A stretch of DNA of 64,000 nt from Centroscyllium fabricii. Taxonomy: Eukaryota. The notes beneath the pieces are model-generated. The model worked only from the letters and a program-made list of their open reading frames with translations, was not told the origin of the DNA and did not search any database. The DNA lies in contig JBNRSN020000026.1 of NCBI GenBank assembly GCA_051313645.2, positions 65,038,001 through 65,102,000 on the forward strand. Direction: 5' to 3'. A program made the position numbers and the translations under genes. Shown in pieces: positions 1-11,821 of this stretch (position 1 is the stretch's first letter; each line of letters opens with the position of its first letter).

Positions 1-500
1 AATAGCTTTGGAGAGGGTGCAGAGGAGATTCACCAGGATGCTGCCTGGGCTGGGGAGCCTCCGCTATGAAGAGAGACTGGAGAGGCTGGGGTTGTTTTCC
101 TTGGAGCAGAGGAGGCTGAGGGGGGTCCTGATTGAGGTGTACAAAATTATATGGGGAATAGATGAGGTGGATGGAGTGGAACTTTTTCCCTTGGTTGAGG
201 GGTCAATAACTAGAGGGCATAATTTTAGGGTAAGGGGCAGGAGGTATTGTGGGGATGTGAGGAAGAACTTTTTCACCCAGAGGGTGGTTGGAGTCTGGAA
301 CTCACTGCCTGAGAGGGTGGTAGAGGCGGGAACCCTCACAACATTCAAAAAGCATTTGGATGAGCACTTGAAATGCCACAGCATACAAGGCTACGGACCA
401 AATGCGGGAAAATGGGACCAGTATAGACTGGGATTGATGGGCGGCACGGACGCGATGGGCCGAAGGGCCTCTTTCTGTGCTGTATTACTCTATGACTCTG
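1..500 (+). mobile_element. CR1-clade LINE 3' fragment (end of ORF2 plus 3' UTR)
   Basis: ORF 8..565 begins ERVQRRFTRMLPGL...FFTQRVVGVWNSLP, the typical CR1 ORF2 C-terminus; ends in a ctatgactct-type tail. Confidence 0.9.
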
Positions 501-670
501 AGAATCTTGCAACACAGAAGCAGGCCATTCGGCCCATCGTTCCTGTGAAAGAGCTCTCCAATTAGTCCCATTCTTTCCCCATAGCCCTGCATTTTTTTCC
601 TTTTCAAGTATATATCCAATTCCCCTGTGAAAGTTACCATTGAATCTGTTTCTGCCACCCCATAAAATAC

Positions 671-937
671 TGATGCACGATCAATTATACTCAAGACGAA
701 GTTAAGAATACAACTGAGACTTTTATTAACTAAGAACTGGAGTACAGGTCTTGTCTTGTTACTAACTGGTCCTGGAATGCCACAAGGTTAGCAGGGCTGT
801 GACCTTTATACGGCAGCCTGTGGGTGGAGCCCGGAGGCGGAGCTGGCTGAAAGGCATCCCAGGTAGGTCTCAGGTGGACAAGAGGTGTTAGTGTCCAGAT
901 AACTATATACAATACAGTGGTGAACCGTATCACCACA
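671..937. mobile_element. Solo LTR
   Basis: TGATGCAC...CACCACA termini; flanks aatac/aatgc (5-bp TSD, 1 mismatch); termini resemble the LTR at 63260-63531. Confidence 0.7.
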
Positions 938-1029
938 AATGCTTTACCATTTCTTTTGATAAAATTTCCCCTCGTACTCCCTTTTATATTTTTTAAGGAC
1001 TTTTATAATTGCAACATAATTGCAAAATA

Positions 1030-1467
1030 CAGGTTGAGCACCGTTTATCCGGTAACCAAAAAGCCGGCAACCTCAGTCGTCCGGCACAAATCGCCCCGAC
1101 TGCCCTGCGTATGCGCAAAATGGTCGCCGCGATCGATACTTGTCGAATGATCTTTGTGTGCGCCGCCGAACGGCGCGCCCATGCACAGATCATTCAAAAT
1201 GGCCACCGGAAGTTTTGAGTGAACTGCGCATGCGCCGCCGAATGGTGAGCGCATGCGTAGACCATTCAAAACTTACGGTGGCCATTTCACATGCGCTTGC
1301 CGTTCGGCGCATGCACAGATCATTCAAAACTTCGCGGCAGCCATTTCCAATGTTATGCGCATGCGCGCGGCCATTTTGAATGGTGCCGCACTGGCTGGCT
1401 TCATTTTTTTTCGCTATACCGGCCCGGGCCTGGTCCTGCCCGGGCCGGTATAACATCGTTCAACCTG
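1030..1467. mobile_element. Tc1/mariner (Tigger-like) MITE
   Basis: TIRs CAGGTTGAGCACCG / TCGTTCAACCTG, TA on both sides, internal GCGCATGCGC palindromes; related to 21035-21565. Confidence 0.85.
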
Positions 1468-1471
1468 TATT

Positions 1472-2040
1472 GGGCTGGAAATTGTAGTCAGAGGCTTCCT
1501 GCGGGCGAATGCCTACGAACCGCAAGTAACTCCACACCTACCTGGTACCTCCGTATCTTCAAAGATTCGCGCTCCTGGGCCTGCAGGCGTAGGCCTGCGT
1601 AAAGGTCCACGTACTCCAGGGGCGCACGTGGTTCGCAAGCGTCCCTGGGATCATGTGGGCCAGCCCAACCAATGGCAAAGAGGGATTCCTATTTATGCTT
1701 ATGGAGATTTATGTACAGAATCCCCATAAGCATAATAGGAATCCCCTAACAAAACACATTTTTGCAACAGTGAAATAATAATAAATAATCACATGGTCAA
1801 AATTAATTAAAATACAGTTTAATTAAACATTGGAAACAAAAATTACATTTTTTGAAAAATAAATAACATTTTTCAAGGGGCCAAAAAATAACCTAAACTA
1901 ATTTTAAAGGTTTTTGTATGGTTAAATCATTAAAAAAAAAAAAATCATATTTATTTAAACCCTTACGCTGGTAAAAGAAGGCCTTAGGCCCACTTTTACC
2001 AGGCGTAAGTGTTTTGTGGGCATTTGCTGGGCAATGCTCT
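1472..2040. mobile_element. Truncated PIF/Harbinger-type MITE
   Basis: Begins GGGCTGGAAATT; body similar to 19817-20864 and, inverted, to 55770-56444. Confidence 0.6.
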
Positions 2041-2099
2041 TCAATTACACAATAGTATATTATAAACGTGCATCTCATAAAATAGTTATGAAGGCACAG

Positions 2100-2927
2100 T
2101 ACTGCCCCCCGATTATCAAAATGCACGACCAGGCCTTGGACAGCGTGGACCACGTTCCATACATCGGGAGCCTACTGTCAACAAGGGCAGACGTCGATGA
2201 CGAAGTACAACATGGCCTTCAGTGTGCCAGTGCAGCCTTCGGTCGCTTGAGGAAGAGAGTGTTTGAAGACGAGGACCTCAAACCCGGCACCAAGCTCATG
2301 GTCTACAGAGCAGCAGTGATACCCGCCCTGCTGTATGTCTCAGAGACACGGACCATGTACAGCAGGCACCTCAAAGCACTGGAGAGCTACCACCAACGCT
2401 GCCTCTACAAGATCCTGAAAATCCATTGGCAGGATAGGCGCACCAACGTCTGTGTTCTTGCTCAGGCCAACATCCCCAGCATCAAAGCTTTGACCACGCT
2501 CGATCAGCTCCGCATGCCCGATATGAGACTCCCAAAATAAGCGCTCTACTCGGAGCTCCGACACGGCAAGAGAGCCCCGGGTGGGCAGAAGAAACGCTTC
2601 AAGGACACCCTCAAAGCCTCCTTGAAAAAGGGCAACATCTCCACCGACACCTGGGAATCCCTGGCCCAAGACCGCACAAAGTGGAGGAGACGCATCCGGG
2701 AAAGCGCCAAACACCTCGAGTCTCTTTGCCGGGAGCAAGCGGAAGCCAAGCAGTCAAGGCGCGCAAGTCAACCCAAGCATCCCCCCCCTCCACCCGCCCC
2801 TTCAACCACCGTCTGCCCCACCTGTGACAGACTGTAGGTCCCGCATTGGACTCATCAGTCACCTGAGAACTCATTTTTAGTGTGGAAGCAAGTCATCCTC
2901 GGTTCCGAGGAACTGCCTAAGAGAGAC
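2100..2927 (+). mobile_element. RTE-clade LINE 3' fragment
   Basis: ORFs 2016..2540 and 2622..2837 (ASAAFGRLRKRVF, LLYVSET, HQRCLYKILKIHWQDRRTN, WESLAQDRTKWR, CPTC) match the RTE RT C-terminus. Confidence 0.85.
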
Positions 2928-4057
2928 ATAAATGTAAAACATGTTCCTGATTCTTGCCCCCCTCAAAAAACACTCCTAAAAATCTCCTCCCAAATGTAAC
3001 CAGTGGAAAAATGCAACCTGCTTCTCTCAAGATCTGCACTTCACCGCCCTACTGGTTATTGAAAGTTCCCTTGACACGCACTTCCTCTTCTCCTTTCCGA
3101 AACATCCATAGGTAATTTCCAATCCTCCCAATCCCCAAGAATACTATGTCAGTTTCAGTCCGATATCAGTAAAGGTAACAATGGCCAGAGGTGGAATTTC
3201 AATGTTTCTCTCCTTGGTCTCCGATGCCTCAAGGATCACGTTCATCTGGCAGTGGCATTCACCAGAGCTGCTTCCAGAAACTCCGGGAGAGCTCGCTTGG
3301 AATTATATAGTGCGAGCATTTATATATGTCTCTTTACTTCAGTCTGTAATTCAGAGACATTCCATTAACAAATAAACCAGTTTAGCTGGAGAACTGAAAA
3401 TGGCCAGCTACCGGATCATCGTTGCGGGGGGTGGTCCGAGAAGGCGATTGGAGGCTTCGTGAGGGTGTCTCTGACCGCGGGGGCTGAGTTAGGCAGGATC
3501 CAGGAGGTAGGTGCAACGGCACTCACCTCCTGGGTGCAGCAATACTTGCCTTGCTGTAACTGCCAGGTTTTCTGAGAACCTGTCCAGCTGCCGTTAAAAA
3601 CAAAATGGAGGTCCGGGCGCAACAAAACCGCTTGCCCGGGGCAAGCAAAATGCGCCGTTGGGCAAGCAGAAGAAAATTTCACCTGCCCGACTGGACAAGC
3701 GATGTGCGGACATGACCCGAGTTGCCGGGTCTGGAAATAGCGCTGAGGGTGTGCGCACGCAGCCAGGCGGCGAGCGCCGATGGAGAGGCTACAGGGCGCA
3801 ACAAAACCGCGAGGCCACGGGAACGGGTGGTTGGGTCCCGCCCTGGAGGCGGCTGCGGATGAGCCGGGCGTGCTTCGGCCGATGGGTTTTGAAATCTGCC
3901 CCGCTCGAGCTCGGCCAATCACAGCCCAGCAGTTTTCTCGCGCGCCGGCGGTTTTGAAGCACTGCCCCCTGCCCGTGCTCGGCCAATCATAGCTCGCTCC
4001 GGCCGCCCGCCTGGCGCTCGGCGCCACAGCAGCTCGAACCGAGCAGGAAAGCGAGGG

Positions 4058-4157
4058 CGATAGTAAAATACTGCAGATGCTGGAAATCCGAAATAACAAC
4101 AGAAAATGCTGGAAAAACTCAGCAGGCCAGGCAGCATCCATGGAGAGAAATATAGAA
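4058..4157 (-). mobile_element. Penelope terminal-repeat fragment
   Basis: Reverse complement of 28005-28101, the 3' end of the GIY-YIG-bearing Penelope copy. Confidence 0.75.
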
Positions 4158-4158
4158 A

Positions 4159-4378
4159 GACCGAATCCTGGGACACTGACACCCAGAGACCGAATCCTGG
4201 GACACTGACACCCAGAGACCGAATCCAGGGACACTGACACCCAGAGACCGAATCCAGGGACACTGACACCCAGAGACCGAATCCAGGGACACTGACACCC
4301 AGAGACCGAATCCAGGGACACTGAAACCCAGAGACCGAATCCAGGGACACTGACACCCGGAGACCGAATCCTGGGACA
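4159..4378. repeat. 29-bp minisatellite, about 7.5 copies
   Basis: Unit GACCGAATCCAGGGACACTGACACCCAGA. Confidence 0.95.
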
Positions 4379-4954
4379 GTCCCGCGTGCGACAAAACCGC
4401 TTGCCCGCTCGATGATCGAGGGAACGGGTGGGTCGATCCCGCCCTGGAGGCCGGTGCGGATTGGCCGGCGGGGCCGGGTGGCGCGTCGGGGATTGGAGGA
4501 GACGGCAACGTGTCAATCAGTTGATGGGGCAACAGTCGGGTTAGGTGGAGCGGGCTGGTGGCGCGCGGCAAGAGTGGGTCGGTGCCGTCGACCCGCTGAG
4601 GGGGGGGAGAGAAAAAACCGGAGCGGCTGCTGGACGAAGATAGGCGGGGAGAGAGAGTGAGGGAGCCCGCGGTCTGCGGAGGCTTCACCGAAAGTTTGGT
4701 AAATGAGGGAAGAATGTTCAGAGTAGCGAGAGAGAGACCCTGGCAGAGAGGGGCAGAAACCGGGCCAATGCAACTAAAGGCACAATCACAATCTATGGCT
4801 TTATTTTGAAGCATTTTAATAAAAATATAAAGTCTTTATTTATTTCCTTAAAAATTTCGGGCGGGCAAGTGAAATTTGTGTTCGGGCAAGTGTTTCAGAA
4901 ATCCACTTGTCCGACTGGGCAAGTGGGGAAAACATTTTTTTTTGTAGCACCCTG

Positions 4955-5192
4955 GAAGTTAAAGAAGAGGCTTCCAGTCTCATTAAAATATTTAAATTGA
5001 GGTCCCGCCTCCTGGCAGCGGGTTGGCTGCCCGCCCCATCCCACACCACCAACCCTACCATCTCCCCCTGTCCCATCCCGCCTCCGTTAAAACCGGAAGT
5101 GGGCGGGTTTAGGTTGAGATTTTGATTTTTAACAATTTCACTAACCCCACACTCCAAACCCACCTGGTTTTTTTTAGGTTAAAATTCTCCCC
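4955..5192. mobile_element. Harbinger-related terminal fragment
   Basis: Similar to 36421-36620, which adjoins a Myb/SANT relic; ends GTTAAAATTCTCCCC. Confidence 0.5.
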
Positions 5193-5914
5193 ATGGTGTC
5201 TAAATTGGACCTTTATATCCCTGGGCACTCTACCTCAAATCAAAAAGTATATTTCTCTTTGTCTGTAAAGTTGAAGAAAAATTATATTGTTAACTGGATG
5301 CCACTAATCCACTGCTTCACCTTCTCTCACCCTCTTGATGCTGTTATAGGCAGGTTGTTCAGTGTGGCCTCCTTCAAGGAAGTCGAGGGCTTATCCTTTT
5401 TCAGGCCTGCTCATTTATTTTTAAGTGCCATCTTGTCATGCAAGAAGTAGTTTTGATGTGTTGTAAGTTGATTGAAGCGCATACACTGTGACCAACATGT
5501 GCCAATGTTGGCAGCCCATTGTGATTGTTGTTAAATGAGGATGCAACAAGCAGCTAAGTTGTTTAGTGCGTGAAACCCTTTAAAGATGCGCCAAGGCTTT
5601 CAGTTGTAATTTATGGCTGTAATGTGTACCTTATATGAATGAAAGAACTGCACTGCATGCTTGTGTGAGAGCTTGGCATTGGCCAATAATAAATGTTCAA
5701 CAGGTTGCTTGACATGGGCCATGTGCATGGTAAATGGAACCGTTGGATAGGCTTACCTCGGCAGCTGTGTTCCCATTGAGCCTGGCCAGCCATTGGTAGA
5801 ATGGCCATCAGGGTGGCTCTCCTCGCACCCACTTCATACAGCAGCACCTGCACTTTGCCAGCCATCGAGCATGGAGTTTCGACTGTTGCATTACTAGCTC
5901 GCAGACTCTGTTTC

Positions 5915-6610
5915 ACAGAATCATAGACGTTTACGGCATAGAAGGAGGCCATTCGACCCATCCTGTCTGTGCCGACCAAAAAAGAACAATCCAGCCTAAC
6001 CCCACTTTCCAGCTCTTGGTCCATAGCCTTGCAGGCTACGGCACCTCAAGTACATATCCAAGTAGGGGTTCTGCCTCTACCACCCTTTCAGGCAGTGAGT
6101 TCCAGACCCCCACCACCTTCTGGGTGAAAAAAAATGTCTCCTAAACTCCCCTCTAGTCCTACCAATTACTTTAAATCTATGCCCCCTGGTTATTGGCCTC
6201 TCTGCTAAGGGAAATAGGTCCTTCCTATCCACTCTATCAAGGCCCCATATAATTTTATACACCTCAATAAAATCTCCCCTCAGCCTCCTCTGTTCCAAAG
6301 AAAACAACCCCAGCCTCTCCAATCTTTCCTCATAGCTAAAATTCTCCAGTCCTGGCAACATCCTTGTAAATCTCCTCTGTACCCTCTCCTCGTAAATCTC
6401 CTCTGTACCCTCTCCTCATAAATCTCCTCTGTACCCTCTCCTCATAAATCTCCTCTGTACCCTCTCTAGTGCAATCACACCTTTCCTGTAATGTGGTGAC
6501 CTGAACTATACACAGTATTCTAGCTGTGGCCTAACCAGTGTTGTATACAGTTCTAGCAGAACCTCCCTCTTATGCTTAATATTCTATGCCTTGGCTAATG
6601 AAGGAAAATA
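5915..6610 (-). mobile_element. CR1 LINE 3' fragment
   Basis: ORF 6077..6361 LPGLENFSYEERLERLGLFSLEQRRLRGD; tail at about 5915. Confidence 0.9.
6363..6466. repeat. 26-bp tandem repeat, about 4 copies, inside CR1
   Basis: Unit CTCRTAAATCTCCTCTGTACCCTCTC. Confidence 0.9.
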
Positions 6611-7092
6611 AACAGTTTCCTGACAGCTCTTTTATTGTGCCAATCAGTGGGTTTTGCTGGACACTTTATGTCCCACGTTTTAGAAGGGCATTGGGCAGAT
6701 TGAAACATGCAGGTGCTGTACATGAAAAGAGTTGGCAGGGGGTTGTACTATTTAGGCTCCTACTGAACTAGGTAACGCTGATCAGGGGAGTGCTGGGAAT
6801 TGTAGCGTGCAGCCTAATGGGCAATGATTGGAAGCTAGAGTAAAATAAAAAAAATTGTGGGCAGGAGGCAACAGTTAATGACAATAATAGTCTCTGCACT
6901 GCATAACTGTGAGGTGACAGTAAAGTCCATTACCTTGCCACCCCTGTGTAGTGAACAGTTAGCAGTTACCATTCAGCCTCTGGGTGGAACCGAATATACA
7001 TAACTCGAGTTCAGGACCTATTTGTCAGAACGGAGAGTAACAGTTTCCTGGCCACGGACACCTTTCTGGGGGTATTGATACACTAAGTATCA

Positions 7093-7402
7093 TCATAGAA
7101 TCCCTACAGTGCAGATAGAGGCCATTTCGGCCCGTCGAGCCTGCACCGACACATATCCCACCCTATCCCCGTAACCCCACATATTCAATCCCCCTAACAC
7201 TAAGGGTCAATTTATCCTGGCCAATCAACCTAACCCGCACATCTTTGGACTGTGGGAGGAAACCGGAGCACCCGGAGGAAACCCACGCAGACACGGGGAG
7301 AATGTGCAAACTCCACACACATAGTCACTCGAGGCTGGATTTGAATCCAGGCCCCTGGCGCTGTGAGGCAACAGTGCTAACCACTGTGCCACCGTACTGC
7401 CC
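7093..7402 (-). mobile_element. HE1-like V-SINE, short-tail form
   Basis: tRNA-like head, V domain (GTGGAGTTTGCACATTCTCCCCGTGTCTGCGTGGGTTTCC), CR1-type tail. Confidence 0.9.
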
Positions 7403-7841
7403 TATACCAGTTCCCGGTAAACAAGGAAAATAATTGGGGAAAAAAACCTAATGGAAACCAATTGGCAAGTTTCTCACTACTGTCCTGTCACTCAACAGTG
7501 GAAGATTTTCTTCCTCTCCAGCCCATTTTTTTTTCGGTAATGTCCGTCCACTGTAGAAAAAATCCTGCATTAAATAAGTCCCAGAGCCAGAATACACACT
7601 AACATAGTACAGGTATACAGATAGATGCAGTATCTGAGAATTGATTCATGGGCAATCCTGTATGGGCAATAGAATTTCTCCAATCTCGGTTATTAAAGGA
7701 CACCAAATATAATCAATATTTAACGTTTATGACGGTTCGTCAGAGTTGCACCACCTTGCTGTTATCCCACGGTGAACATTATATTCCTCCCCCTCCCATG
7801 CCGCAGCATTTCTTGCATATTGAAGGAGGAGAAGGGTACTA

Positions 7842-8170
7842 CAGGTACAGAATCCCTTATACGAAACCCGCGGGACTGGACGAGTCTCGGTTTTCGGGAT
7901 TTTCTGGTTTTCCGATGGTGCCCAGTGCGCATGCGCATTGCCGTGTTGGCGGCCCAGTGCGCAGGCTGAAACGGTAGGAGATTGTGGGCTCGGGGAGGAA
8001 TTGGACCCGTGGGTCCATTTTTTTACATTGGTAAGCTCTACTTTCTTGTTAATTTTACCTTTATCACTGGATTATATTGAATTGGCTTTCAAAACGGGTG
8101 AGTTTTGGCGCAACTCGGGTTTTCGGAGCTTTTCGGTTTGCGGATGTGCGTTTAAGGGATTGTGTACCTG
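7842..8170. mobile_element. Tc1/mariner-type MITE
   Basis: TIRs CAGGTACAGAATCCCTTA / TAAGGGATTGTGTACCTG, flanked by TA. Confidence 0.85.
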
Positions 8171-8589
8171 TAGTATGCAGTTTTACTTTATGAATGTGAA
8201 TTCTGTCAGAGTTTAATGAAGCTGCAGTCATCTCTGGTTTGAATGAGCTATTTGTTCCTGTTTTGTGATCTATTTTAAGAAAGTATTGCAGCAAAATATA
8301 GATCAGAAATCTTGGCCAAGCATCCATCCATTTTATGGGAGTTCTGCTGCATTTGTAATTGCAAAGCCTTCAATTTATGTAGACCAACGTGCCATTCTCG
8401 CTATTGTCGATGCCACCATGGTAGTTGATATTCAAGTGTTCAGAAGGTTGTGTATTCAAGTCCTGCTCCAGAACTTGTGCATATAAGTCGACAGTTAAGC
8501 AATACACAGCAATGATATTTCAATCTGATTTTTAGTTTACAAATGAATCACTTTTTAATATTAATGGAATTTTTATGTGTCAGTTAAAG

Positions 8590-11500
8590 CTATGTTAAAG
8601 CGGCAGAGTACTTTAATCAGAGCAGGAGCGGAGAGTCAGAGCGGCAGAGAGACAGAAACACCGCAGGGGAGAGAGAGAGAGTCAAATCGAGAGAAGGACA
8701 CATTGAGAGAGAAATTTTTTAGGGCGTGTTTTGGTTTTGAAAGTTTCTATGGGCGTATTTTGTTTTGTTTTTTTGACTTTTTCTGTGGGTGTGGTTTATT
8801 TTTGAAGGTTTCTGTGGGCAGTGGTTTAGTTGGCTACAGACTTCCGGTTCGTTGGCTGCAGACAGTTGGGTCAGTTCGGTAAGCTCTGTTCCCAGCTCCG
8901 AGGTCGAGGATGCAACGGGACTAGTATATTTAAAAATTAAAAATAATAATAATAAATTTAATAAAGTAAATAGAATGGCAGAGCGGATGATGTGTTACTG
9001 CTGCAATATGTGGGAGCTGGTGGACGCCATTGATGTTCACGGTGATCACATTTGCAGTATGTGTTGGTTGCTTGAGGAACTCCAGCTCCGTGTTGATGAG
9101 CTGGAGTCTGAGCTTCAAACACTGCAACACATCAGGGAAGGGGAGAATTACCTGGACAGGAACAGGGACTGCAGGGAGGATGAGCAACCTGGCCACAGCA
9201 CCAAGAACAAGGGGCCATTCAAATGGGGGGAGTAAAAAGAAATGTTGTAGTGGTAGGGGATGGTATCATTAAGGGGATAGATAGGGTTCTTTGCAGCTGA
9301 TGCGAGAGTCCCGAAGGCTGTGTTGCCTACCCGGTGCCTGGGTTAAGGACATCTCCTCTCGGCCAGAGAGAAAGTGGGAGGGGGAGGATCCAGTTGTCGT
9401 GGTCCATGTTGGTTCCAACGACACAGATAGGACGAAGAAAGAGGTTCTGCTGAGAGAGTATGAGCAGCTAGGGGCCAAATTAAAAAACAGAACCACAAGG
9501 GTAATAATCTCTGGATTACTACCTGAGCCATGAGGAAATTTGGCTAGGATAAATAAAATCAGAGAGTTAAATGCGTGGCTCAAAGACCGGTGTGGGAGAA
9601 ATGGGTTTTGCTTCTTGCGACACTGGCACCAGCACTGGGACGAGAGAGAGCTGTTCCGTCAGAACGGACTTCAGTTGACCAGTGCTGGGACTAAAATCCT
9701 GGCGAATCAAATAACTAGGACTGTAGAGAGGGCTTTAAACTAATTAGTGGGGGAGAGGTTTCAAGAGAGCGAACAATAAAAATGTCAGGTAAGAAGGCAA
9801 TTAAGCAAAGTAGCAGTGGGGGAATTAAAAACCAGAGCATCTCAGGAAGGGACAAAATGTATAAAGATAAAGGCAAAGTATTAAAGGGAGTAAAAGCAGG
9901 AATAAATTGTTACAAAACATATTTAAAAGTTCTTTATCTGAATGCATGCAGCATTCGTAACAAAATAGATGAGTTGACGGCACAAATAACTACACATGGG
10001 TATGATCTGGTGGCCATTACAGAAACATGGCTGCAAGGTGACCATGACTGGGAACTAAACATCCAGGGGTATTTGACAATTGGGAAGGACAGACAGGAAA
10101 GAAAGGGAGGTGGGGTAGCTATGTTAATAAAAGATGGAATCACTGCAATAGTGAGAAATGATATTGGGTCAAACGATCAGGATAGTGAAACAGTTTGGGT
10201 AGAGATAAGGAATAAGAAAGGGAAAAGGTCACTAGTGGGTGTAGTCTATAGGCCTCCTAAAAGTTGCAACTCTGTTGGTCAGAGTATAAATCAGGAAATA
10301 ATTGGGGCTTGTAATAAGGGAACAGCTATAATCATGGGGGATTTTAACTTTCATATTGACTGGACAAATCAAATTGGACAGGGCAGCCTTGAGGAAGAGT
10401 TCATAGAGTGCATTAGGGATGGGTTCCTTGAGCAGTATGTAACCAAACTGACCAGAGGGCAGACAATCTTAGATCTGGTCCTGTGTTATGAGACAGGATT
10501 AATAAAAAATGTCCTAGTAAAGGATCCCCTTGGTATGAGTGACCATAACATGGTTGAATTCCAAATTCAGTTGGAGGTTGAGAGAGTTGGATCTCAAACC
10601 AGCGTACTAAGCTTAAATAAAGGAGACTATGATGGTATTAGAGCAGAGTTAACTAAAGTGGACTGGGAAAATAGATTAAAATGTAGGACAGTACATGAGC
10701 AGTGGTGTACATTCAAGGAGATATTTCAGAACTTTCAAGAAAAATATATTCCAGTAAGGAAAAAGGGTCATGAAAGAAAAAACAGCCATCCGTGGCTAAG
10801 TAAAGTAATAATGGATAGTATCCGACTGAAAACATCGGCATATAAAATAGCCAAATCTAGTGGGAAGATAGAAGATTGGGAAGCATTTAAAATCCAGCAA
10901 AGAATAACTAAAAGATTAATTAAGAAAGGGAAGATAGATTATGAAAGTAAACTAGCAAAAAAATATAAAAACAGATAGCAAGAGTTTCTACAGTTACATA
11001 AAAAGAAAAACGATGGCTAAAGTGAATGTTGGTCCTTTAGAGGACGAGACCGGGAAGTTAGTGGTAGAGAACATGGAGATGGCAAAAACGCTGAACAAGT
11101 ATTTTGTATCAGTTTTTACAGTAGAGGACACTAAAAATATCCCAACACTGGACAAACAGGGGACTATAAAGGAGAAGGAGCTAAACACGATTAAGATTAC
11201 TAAGGAGGTGGTACTCGATAAGATAATAGGACTAAAGGCGGATAAATCCCCTGGACCTGATGGCTTGCATCCTAGGGTCCTGAAAGAAGTAACGGTAGGG
11301 ATTGTGGATGCATTGGTGGTAATTTTCCAAAACTCCCTGGATTCAGGAAAGATCCCAGCAGATTGGAAAACTGCTAATGTAACGCCCTTATTTAAAAAGA
11401 GAGACAGACAAAAGGCTGGAAACTATAGACCGGTTAGCCTAACATCTGTGGTTGGTGAAATGTTGGAGTCCATTATTAAGGAAGCAGTAACAGGACATTT

Positions 11501-11821
11501 GGATAAGCATAGTTTTGTAGCGGTACGCCGGCTGGCGAATCCGCCTCGGGAGTACTGCGGGGCATAGCCCCGCCCACCGGGTGACTCGATGACGTCACCA
11601 TGTCTCTCGGTGTGATGAGGTCAGCGGCGAGCGGGCAGTTTAAATGAGCCCGCTCCTCGTGGCTCAGTCTCTTTCTCATGTAGTTCATTGATTAAACTAG
11701 TGTTAACTGTCTCTCCGGCTCCTGTGTGGTCCTTGGGTCCTGTAAGCGCTACAGTTTAATCTGACAGAGTCAGCATGGTTTTACGAAAGGGAAGTCATAT
11801 TTGACAAATTTGCTCGAATTC
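8590..11821 (+). mobile_element. CR1 LINE with 5' UTR, ORF1 and 5' half of ORF2; decayed and 3'-truncated
   Basis: ORF1 Cys-rich/coiled-coil part (8789..9235) and SGNH esterase pieces (VHVGSND, 9291..9743); ORF2 AP endonuclease (LYLNA, ITETW, YRPP, MGDFN, SDH; 9782..10978) and RT start (KSPGPDG, NYRPVSLTS; 11013..). Confidence 0.92.
11516..11753. mobile_element. Solo LTR inserted in CR1 ORF2
   Basis: TGTAGCG...CGCTACA inverted termini; perfect 4-bp TSD gttt; CR1 sequence resumes after it. Confidence 0.9.

Larger units (their letters stand above)
3613..4954. mobile_element. Composite non-autonomous DNA transposon (hAT-like termini)
   Basis: Imperfect TIRs CCGGGCGCAACAAAA / TTTTGTAGCACCCTG; subterminal TTGCCCG/GGGCAAG motifs; flanks gaggt/gaagt. 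Confidence 0.55.

Noticed and set aside
3416-4814. Overlapping 366-aa and 231-aa ORFs
   Set aside because: GC-rich transposon plus 29-bp repeat; no recognisable domain
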